Below, piece by piece: positions 12,701-22,074 of a stretch of DNA of 64,000 nucleotides. A program made the translations under genes and the position numbers. Each line of letters starts with the position of its first letter. The stretch's first letter is position 1. This DNA comes from Octopus bimaculoides (Eukaryota): NCBI RefSeq assembly GCF_001194135.2, contig NC_068998.1, positions 15,613,393 through 15,677,392 on the forward strand, written 5' to 3'. The notes beneath the pieces are model-generated. The model ran no database searches. It had not been told where the DNA came from and saw only the letters and a program-made list of their open reading frames with translations.

Positions 12701-14888
12701 TGACCCCAGTTCTTTCTTCTTTGCGACAACATTGAGATAAGTTAGAACCTGAACATCATAAATAAGACTTACTAAGAATCTGCCTGAGTTCTAAGTAAGA
12801 CTTTTAAAAAATGCTGCTTTTCAATACTTTGCATTAGATGTCATCTTTTTTTCATTTCTTGTACCTCTTTCTGGCTGCGTAATCATGTACCTCCTCTATA
12901 GCAATACCCGTGTTTCTGTCTCCCTGTCACACTCTAACCTATTATCATCTGACACAAGGTTTCCTCCTCCAATGCCCCCTCCCCTCTCAAAATTCCTTGT
13001 CTGGCAATTTACTTGGGTGACCCTGCCAGTGTTGGTGCCATGTAAAAAGCATACAGTCTACACTGTAAAATGGTTGGCATTTGGAAGGGCAGCCAGCTGT
13101 AAAGATCATGCTAAAACTGACCTCGTCTATGCTGGTACCACATAAAAAGCACTCAATCCACTCTGCAGATAGGTTGCTGCTAGGAAAGGCATCCGGCCGT
13201 AAAAACCCTGCCAAAACAGACACAGTAGCTTGGAGTAGTCTTCTACCTGGCCAGCTCCTGTCAACCGTCCTACCCATGTATGCAGGGAAGACAGATGTTA
13301 AATGTCGATAATGACGATGTCTCTTCTGACATAAACTAAATATGCTTTTGAATGCACTTCATTGCAAATATAGGTGGTGGTGGTTGGAGGGGGGATGTAA
13401 AGAGAAAATATACAACACAGTATGTGTGAAACTACTATTGTTGAACATCGAACTGGATGTTTTATCAGTAACTAGATCTAAGCACTGTTCCAAGTTCAAG
13501 TCTCACCAGGCAAAATCCAGATATTACTGTTCGTCTTTTTTGGATAATTTTAACAACACTACTTTCTTACTTAAAGAAATTTGGTATTCTTTCAGCAATG
13601 GTATTTTAATTGGGTTTCAGATTCAATGAATTAGTTTTGAATTCTGTACTGCAATTTAAGTTTCAGATTCACTACTTCTACCCCTGGTCTCTTTAGTGTC
13701 GTTATTTTGTTACTAATACTAACAATAGGGGCATTTCAGGTTCAATCCCACAACACAGTACCTTGGGCAAGTATCTTCTAGCACAGTACTGAGCTTAATA
13801 ATAAGTTGTGAGTTTGGTAAACAGAAACTGAATGAAGCCCATTATATATATGTGTGTGTGTGTGTGTGTTCCCTGCGCCAACTGACAACTGGTGTTGGTT
13901 TGTTTACAGTTCGACAAAAGAATTCGATAACAATAAGAAACATACTTAAAAAACAAAGAACTACTGATTTGTTTTGTCCTACTACACCCTTTAAGGTGGT
14001 GCCACAACATGAACATGGTCCAGGTATAATTTATAGAGCAATATGAGGTATTCTAGACGATTCCTTCGCTACATATTGGCAAGAGTTTCTGGTGGAGTTT
14101 TGGAATGGCTGTCTCTCGGAGTACCATATTTCATGTGGAAGGAAAGAATATGGAAGTGAGGATTAAAAATCTAAAAATTTGAAAGACTATAAGATATGCG
14201 ACTTTAAAGTACAAATATTCCAAAATTCTGCTGAGCTTCTTTGGTGACCATTGCACAAATACGCTCTCTCTTTGGTTTCATTTTCTCGATAAGACATTAT
14301 TACAGTCACGGGCAAATTGCGACCCGCGGGACTTGCTCAATGGCACACCTGAGCCGTGCCGTACTCTGAAACTTATGTTGTAAAACACGACTAATTAATT
14401 GTACCAATAGCAAATAATTAATGCACCAATACCGAAAGAAAATGAGAAATTTTACATAGAGTCTTGTTTCAAAGTAACCAACAAAGCAGATTATGGAAAA
14501 TGAGCTAGTTTTATGAAAACGAATAACCAACAAATCCATTAGAAATTATAATTCTATCTCCTAAATTGAATCCCGTTTTAACAATGTACATTCATTATAT
14601 TAAAACATTAAGCTTAGTGTGTGTATATATATATTATATACGTGACCATTTTCAGAGAAAGAAAACACATTTCCATTTTGTATGTTAAACGACATGTGCG
14701 TGTTTGTAAGTTAAATTCTCTAAAAATAAAAGGGTATTACAATAGTGAAGACTAAATGGAAAGGATATTTAATTTATAATGACCTGTTGTTGCTGCTGCT
14801 GCTGTTGTTGTTGTTGCTGTTGCTGTGGTTGTTGTTGAGGTTGCAATTCCGCAGGAGCGGCGCGTTTTTGTTGTTGTTGAAGCGACAT
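9584..14888 (-). CDS. LSM7: U6 snRNA-associated Sm-like protein LSm7, complement(join(9584..9723,11101..11172,12034..12139,14784..14888)), 423 nt, 140 aa
   Basis: Spliced translation ...KERKRKETILDLSKYLDKGIRVKFSGGREVSGILKGHDPLLNLVLDGTIEYLRDPDDPYKLTEDTRTLGLVVCRGTSVVSICPADGMEAIPNPFIQQDG* is clearly LSm7. All introns are GT-AG with consistent phases 0,1,1. The first exon is less certain. Confidence 0.93.
10355..10803. mobile_element. Partial rearranged mariner derivative (internal segment on +, inverted 5' end on -)
   Basis: Plus strand VQSIIIEDLGMRHASAKFVPKLLSADQK, fused to a minus-strand 5' end that finishes in the TIR CATGGTCTGATTGACAAGTATCCAGACTGTT. Same junction as 41213-42389. Confidence 0.85.
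11101..11172 (-). CDS. LSM7: LSM7 exon 3
   Basis: Acceptor tatttcag, donor gtaagc; (V)SGILKGHDPLLNLVLDGTIEYLR. Confidence 0.97.
11311..11358 (+). ncRNA. Minimal type I hammerhead ribozyme-like motif (Penelope-type)
   Basis: CTGATGA (11318-11324), stem II GGCTG/CAACC with 1 mismatch, GAAAC, palindromic AACGTT, and a partial stem I. Confidence 0.55.
12034..12139 (-). CDS. LSM7: LSM7 exon 2
   Basis: Acceptor ttccaacag, donor gtaatg; SVTDKNKERKRKETILDLSKYLDKGIRVKFSGGRE. Confidence 0.97.
12230..12575 (+). mobile_element. tRNA-derived SINE, family B (with an internal microsatellite)
   Basis: GTGGCTGTGTGGTAAG..GGTTCAGTCCCACTGCGTGGCACCTTGGGCAAGTG head. Copies at about 7330-7650(-), 10130-10240(-), 10800-10970(-), 13730-14010(+), 16035-16290(+), 21470-21690(-), 22080-22210(-), 23620-24240, 27420-27565(-), 29270-29880, 40960-41200(-), 59680-59960(+), 61450-62020(+). 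Confidence 0.85.
13010..13320 (+). mobile_element. Short interspersed repeat, family C, with an internal duplication and a (GAT)n tail (probably RTE-mobilised)
   Basis: Unit GGTGCCATGTAAAAAGCA..GGAAGGGCATCCAGCTGTA occurs twice, then CCAACCCATGCCAGCATGGAAA. Relatives at about 7160-7330(-), 9910-10130(-), 10240-10355(+), 11770-11960(-), 26000-26230(-). The RTE link is an inference. Confidence 0.65.
14784..14888 (-). CDS. LSM7: Candidate LSM7 first coding exon (poly-Q)
   Basis: ccaaaATG context; exactly 105 nt; MSLQQQQKRAAPAELQPQQQP followed by Q14, with mixed CAA/CAG codons. The phase-0 donor CAG|gtcatt is weak but fits the phase-0 acceptor of exon 2. Confidence 0.65.
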
Positions 14889-15217
14889 TTTGGATATGAA
14901 GGACCCTTCTACCAACGAACTAGCCGCTTATGATGCTCAGAAAAAAAAAAAGCTTGTTAACACGGACTGCTGTCAGTTATTTCATGAAGAATGGCAACAA
15001 TTTTGTTAATTATATCTGCAATAACTAAATGAAATCAGATAATATTTTATGAGAATAAATATCGCTTCATCAACAGTCACTGGAATTTAAAATGTTAACT
15101 AATATTAATAAGTAGTAAGGAGTTATCTCCCATTAATTATATTTTACACTAATTTATTCATGAAATTTATTCAAACGGAGTTTCAGCGTTGGAATTGGAG
15201 ACGGGTCTCTCTCTCTT

Positions 15218-15309
<92 letters not shown>

Positions 15310-15559
15310 AATAATAAGGTACTCAGATATCTGGATGGTTGTACATTTACAGATTTTTATTAATATGTCACATGTTTTTATAAATTAGCGCTTGCATCTA
15401 TTCTTGTAGATTCTCCATAATCTGGAGAATCCTGTACATCACCTCCAAACCTTCTAATATATATATATACGTGTGTCATCTAAGAGATCATAAGTCAGGG
15501 AATAGATGCACTAGTATATCTGTCAGTAGAGTGGGTAGTATTAAATATTCATCATGGCT

Positions 15560-16000
15560 GATCAAACCAATCAGTTTCCCCGTATCTTTTACAGAAAGAA
15601 AACAGACCAACGAACACAGCTATATATAACTACACACCCGGAAAAAAAATTATGCATATGACACCACTACACATATCACACACCCCACCCCACAGGAGCA
15701 CTACGTCAATAGTACACACCTTCCCCACTTCAAGATAACACTTCCCGGTTGCACAGCATACCCAACCAAGGGACATAACTCCTAACCCAATCCCCTGGCC
15801 CTTTTCGTTTCATCACCTTTTTTCACAGCAGCCGCTGAACGGTCGTGTTAATTCACCCTCGACAATAGAGAGCAGGCGCCATATTCCCTTCCAAATCCGC
15901 TAACTCTGATGAGCGTAAAGTTATATAATCAGATTGTTACCTACCACTCCATTGTATTCTTTACGTGAAACTAATTGGTAAGATCAGCCGTGATGAATAT
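15560..16000 (+). mobile_element. Penelope-like element terminal (pseudo-LTR) fragment
   Basis: C-rich tract followed by GAGAGCAGGCGCCATATTCCCTTCC..CTCTGATGAGCGTA, also found at 35107-35175. It ends in a hammerhead motif, which is typical of PLE ends. Confidence 0.5.
15899..15988 (+). ncRNA. Type I hammerhead ribozyme-like motif
   Basis: CTGATGA at 15906-15912; 8-bp stem II GCGTAAAG/CTTTACGT; GAAA at 15967-15970; near-palindromic stem III ACTAATTGGT; GTA cleavage triplet; imperfect stem I. Confidence 0.65.
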
Positions 16001-18328
16001 TTACTGCTATACATTTCGGATAATATATACATATACGGCTGTGTGGTAAATAGTTTGCTTACCAACCACATGGTTCCGGATTCAGTCCCATTGCGTGGTA
16101 CCTTGGGCAAATGTCTTCTACTATTGTCTCGGGCCGACCAAAGCCTTGCAAGTGGATTTGGTAGACAGAAACTGAAAGAAGCCCGTCGTATGTGTGTGTA
16201 TCTTTTTTATCTGTGTTTGTCCCCACCACCGATTAACAATCAATGTTGGTGTGTTTACGTCTCCGTAAGTAATCGGTTTGGCAAAAGCTACCGATACCAT
16301 CTGAACAGTCTGTGGTCATCAGTGCTTCATTGTTTGCGTAGATGACATATAGTACACCTAAAGTTTCGCTACATCTTAAAGCATTTGTCTACTCAATATT
16401 TATACAAACTGCACATCGTGTTTGCTAAAGATCAGAATATACTTCCCCACACCACCACCAATCTCCAATTTTAATTGTAATTTCTTATGTGTCAACTCAT
16501 TCCAAAGAAATATTTTGTTTTGAGTTGTCTCTTTTACCTTTGCTTTGTTTATTTAGACATTGTTCAACGATGTTTACCTCTCCACAAATATCGGTATCGC
16601 CTTATTTAATCAAAGTTATCGTATTTGCCCCATTAGGTTAGTTAGTATTTAATTCACAATGCCATTTCAAAAAATCGCTTAGTCAAGAGAGAAAGGCTGT
16701 ACCCTTGACCTTTTACAACACTTCCATGACCAGTGGGTGGAAGGTGTTCTCAAATTGATAAATTGCCCAAATATTTGTAACTAAAGCACTCCGCCAAAAG
16801 CACCTTTAGTTGAATACGTTGTGGAGCCATATCATGTGACTCTACTCAGAAGGTTTTAATCTCATCTGACAGGAGACCCTGTATAAAGAATATATAAAAC
16901 AAGGCTGTGACTTTAAATACCTTTGATGTGGTCACAAACATATATAAGCTGAATGACTATGGGGAAAGACTTGAACTCTTTGCTTTTGGGTTAGATGCTG
17001 ATGCCTAATTAGGAACGTCACCGTTAGAATCTCTTTTGGTCTATTACACGTTCTTAATGCGGCAGTGGAGGCACAAAGTTACTGCGTCCATAACTGAACG
17101 GAATAAGACACTGAAATATCTCAGTAAATTACATTTTTCAGGCGTGTAACTTTTCAGTTATGCGGAGTTAGTCAAGGAAGTTTTTGATTTCGTCAGTGTT
17201 CCACTTCACTGAAGTATCATGATGCTAGGGAGTGTACTAGGCTGGTCCAACGTTTCAGCCGCGCAGTCACCCACGATTATGCCATGCAAGTTTTGGGTCA
17301 TCTCAATTTATTTTAGAAGGAAATGTTAATGTCTCATTGAACGATACATAACTGACAGTGTCCATAACTTTTTATAGTTTTTTTTTATTAAAAAAATCCT
17401 TGTTTTCTTTACACGTTTTTTTTCTATATTCATACTTTTTACTTTTACAAATTGTATTAATTTTCACTGAATTGTTATTTTTGGGATTTTTATTGTAATA
17501 GTATTCTCAATACNNNNNNNNNNNNNNNNNNNNNNNNNNNNNNNNNNNNNNNNNNNNNNNNNNNNNNNNNNNNNNNNNNNNNNNNNNNNNNNNNNNNNNN
17601 NNNNNNNNNNNNNNNNNNNNNNNNNNNNNNNNNNNNNNNNNNNNNNNNNNNNNNNNNNNNNNNNNNNNNNNNNNNNNNNNNNNNNNNNNNNNNNNNNNNN
17701 NNNNNCAGTTAAACACTGGGATCGATTTAATCGACTCAGCAGCACCCTAAAACACGTTGACCATGTGCTAAAATTTGAAACCAATATTCGCAATACGGAC
17801 AATTTGGAAACACTTCAATTCGCATTCCTTGACTCTTGGGAAAAGCATGAAAGTCAAGCAATCTCTTATTGCTTGCAACATAGATCTGAGTTCTTAAGTT
17901 TAAATAAAAAGATAAAATCCTTAATTAGGATTAGATATATACTTTTTAAAATCTAAAATCTAAAACTTAGTACTAGTCTAAAATTAAACACCCACCACAA
18001 CCTTCGCATAAAGTTTATTCTGAATTATCTCCCTTAATAACAAGCGTCAATCGATTTGTACGAAAATAATAACCGAATAACTATCTTAATCTTTTACTTG
18101 TTTTAGTAGAAATTAAATTTAAAGATAACAATTCAATTTTCCAATAGAGATCATAAAAATTTATGACTCAACTAGTTTTGTAATTATTACAGGTTACTGG
18201 CGTTAATATTTACAGATATATATATTGTTTAAACCGATGAGATACTACGAAACTATCAAAAGTAATAAATCTGTCTGGACCATCCATTTCCTTACGAGAC
18301 GAGATTGGCAAAATATTCGACCCCGGTT

Positions 18329-18356
18329 ATGCTGGCAGTAAGGACTTTAAGATCTG
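18329..18356 (+). CDS. ATP5PB: ATP5PB exon 1 (start of transit peptide)
   Basis: ATG CTG GCA GTA AGG ACT TTA AGA TCT G|gtgagt (MLAVRTLRS); phase fits exon 2. Confidence 0.8.
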
Positions 18357-21300
18357 GTGAGTATGTGAACACAATGACTCGTACATGCATCTAACTTTAA
18401 TTTATCAAATGGTTCTACTGTATAAGATTTGCGATATAAACCTGGTGAGAAAGACATCAGTTGTTCTTAAGTAACGTTATTGACCTTGACAGCTAATTTC
18501 TCTTTGCTCGTCCTCCCTCATGTGCACCAATATATATTATACTGTATAGTTATTTATACATCTCAATGTTATATCGTATTTAGTATTATATATATATATA
18601 TTTATTCTACCAGCCATTATATCAGAATGTCCTTGTTTGCTTGCTTTTGTAACTAGTTTGATTTACTAAAAATTTTCACACAGACCGTTTTATTTTGTGA
18701 TTTCTGATACCCTTCTACATGTCTCAAAATGAATAGAGCAATCACCTTCTATCATAACACTATAGTCTAGCAGTTATGTAAGACGGGTTTTTAAAAAAAT
18801 GCCCTTAGATGCTGTCTTTCCTCTTTTGCACATTTAAAGTGCACTGAAATATATAAACGCACCGTATGCATATCCACACACACACACACACACACACACG
18901 CACGCACATACATGACGTGTGTCATACATATGTAAAGCTGAAAGAATGCCTATGTTTATAATTAGTTATTTTATCAGAATACCCTTGTTGATATGGACCT
19001 CATAGTATGTTTTGTTGTAATCAAAAGTTACACGTATGGACTTTTTCATTCTGTGATTTGTGTTCCTTTATCCTCTTCAATGTCAACCACAGTTCTCTTA
19101 ATACGTTTGAACTCTACGTTCAGGACATTGTTATTCTGATAGTAAAAATAATTTAATATGCAGGACGGGATTTTCATCCGTCAATTTTCATTGAAGCTGA
19201 GGTTTCATACCGATGTATATTTTTATAAAAATTGTTTATATTGATAGATCAAAAAAAAAAAATTTAAAAAATTCCTGTGTGTAGAGTTATTTTGTATTTT
19301 TATTTCTGTGTCGGCTTTCTTTATGCTAGAATGAACTTTCTGTTCCATCCGCTCATCACCTTCGAAGTTACGTCCTACTTATTGCTAACGAATGTGTATG
19401 AGAGAGAGGATGAGGGTAAAGAAACTCCCCTCACCTCTACTGTTTTAATCTACAGGTCACATTAGACAATTCATTTCAGAGTGTGCGTTTAATGATATGA
19501 AGGGTTATCGCATTAAATTCATGAAATATTACGGTTTGTGTCAGAAAGCAGCCCCAAAATTATATTTTGCACTTGTTAATTACATATTTACATACATACA
19601 TGCATGCATACGTACATACATACATACGTACGCACGTACAATGATTGCTTGTAGGTCGGTTCAAATGATAATTTAATATGATATTCAATTGGATTTTTGC
19701 CTTTTAAAAATGAAAAATTATAAGTAGCAAATAGTCCAAATTAAATTAGAAAAAAAAAAATAGCGTGCAACACTGAAATGTAGCTTAAATTGGCAATTGT
19801 AGCTCAGTCTAGCAACGTTCATGATATTTATGCACCTCTTTATTTTATTGAACTATATCTTCCTACATATGCTTAAAACCTTTAATTTATCAACACCAGC
19901 AATGAGTTTATGTGATGGTCATGCCTTTATTATTTTCTCAAGGACATTAGGTGACGTGAAGTGAAACGGTTGGCAGCAAGAGTTTTTACTTTCTGTGACC
20001 CTTCACTTTTAATACACAAATGGAGGATCGCCAATGGTCGTAAGCGTTCCAGCCACGACCACTTTATCATTGTTACATCAAAGACAGGTCACATTATCCG
20101 AAGTGTACTATATATATATATGGTCGATAAGATTTTACACCGGTACATTGGAGGCTAAAACGTATTTAATGAATCCTGGACTGCTGATATAAGGCTAAAT
20201 CGAACTCGGTGATTCAATTCACTATACTCATCTCTTAGAGTTGTTCCTCATGCCAGGATGACCATTTTAGAATAGAGTCAGTGAGCTTGTTGTTTTATCC
20301 TGATTTAGCAGATCTTTGATCAAAGACATTCCAAATTTGACCTCCACCATTTTGCCTATGTGCAGGTAACTCAGAATCACATTCAAAGTACCCTTTTCTC
20401 AAACAATTCTTTCTACTACAGGCACAAGCTTTGGCCCTTTTCTGAAGTAATGAAAAGTGATTTCAATGGAGGTTTGTCTTCTAAGTTTAGCAAGTTAACT
20501 GACCATATAGAGGCTTTCACTGTGAGTGAATACTGACCTGTTTAGTCACATAGTCTTTTTTTTTTCTAATGTGTGTGTGTGTATATGTATAATAGCCAGA
20601 CTAACCTGTATCTGTATATACAAATAGTACTTGTATCTTGTAGAGTCAGCAACTGTTTAGAAATGAAGTAGTTTCTAGCACTTGTTGGCAGGCAAGGCAT
20701 TCAACAAACATTACAGTTGAGTTTCTATAAATGTTATTTCTATCTTTTGCAGGCCATTTTGGCTGTGTGTTGAAGCAGCTGAATGGAAAACAGTAAGTAA
20801 TGTTCAATACACAAACTCTTTATATAGTCTGTCACTTACATATTGACTTTTAGCTTATCAAGAATTTTAGTCTACTACTTTGTCTAAAGTAAGATATCTC
20901 ACTCAATCTGGTTGATATAGGCACCTATTTCAATGTTAGGAACAATATTAGAATCGACAATTGTAGCATAATAGTAAGTCAGGTCTGAGATGTACAGGGT
21001 GTCCACAAAGTCTGGGTACATGGAGTAAATATAATCATGACATAAACAATTAAATATAAGAAATGATAATTTCTGAAAGTATGTGTTAGTCCCCATGTGG
21101 GTACATGGAGTAAATAAAATCGTAACATAAACAATTAGATATAAGAAATAAATAATTTCTTAAAGTATGTTAATCCCCATGTATCCAGACTTTGTGGACA
21201 CCCTGTATAATGAAAAAGTTAATATATTATGTGATTACTAAATAAAATAAAAGTTAATATAATAATTTCGTTTTCTTAGGTAGTGAGCTGGCAGAATCAT

Positions 21301-22036
21301 TAGCATGCCAGGCAAAATGTTTAGTGACATTTCGTCTGTCTTTCTGTCCTGAGTTCAAACTCAGCCAAGGTTGACTTTGACTTTCTTCCTTTTCAGGTTG
21401 ATGAAGTAAGTTCCAGTTGCCCCTCCCCCAAAAATTGCTGGCCTTGTGCCAAAATTTGAAATCAATATAATACTCTTTTACTTGTTTCAGTCATTTGACT
21501 GTGGCCATGCTGGAGCACCACCTTTATAGTCGAACAAATCGACCCCAGAGCTTATTCTTTGTAAGCCTAGTACTTATTCTATCGGTGTCTTTTGCCGAAC
21601 CACTAAGTTATGGGGACAAAAACATACCAGCATTGGTTATCAAGCAATGCTGGGGGGACAAACAGACACACACACACATACATACATATATGTTAAAGTC
21701 TGTCATACCGGCCATGATGAAATACCACAAGGTATAGAAAATACGTATTCGCCTTTATATATTTAATCCTTTATATTGAACACTCAATATTTCATCTATT
21801 CAATAAGACATATTCCATATATTCAATAAGACATTCAATACTTTATTTTATTGTACCATCCATTTTTATATTATATATTGTATATTCCATATTCTATATC
21901 CCACATTAATTTTACAAGAATATAAATAAAACATAAAAAACAGACAGAGTTGGAACTCTTTTAAACAAAATAATATATTCCTCTATACACAATCATACAA
22001 AACCCCTTTTTTTGTATTTATTTTTACTCACATATG

Positions 22037-22074
<38 letters not shown>

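Noticed and set aside
14119-14127. Alternative LSM7 first exon ATG|gtactc
   Set aside because: Phase-compatible, but with a poor donor and start context. The 14784-14888 exon is the better candidate, although this one cannot be fully excluded without RNA data.
16690-17900. Possible Tc1/mariner debris upstream of ATP5PB
   Set aside because: Only vague peptide resemblance (NLETLQFAFLDSWEK) and no matched TIR pair, so too decayed to call.
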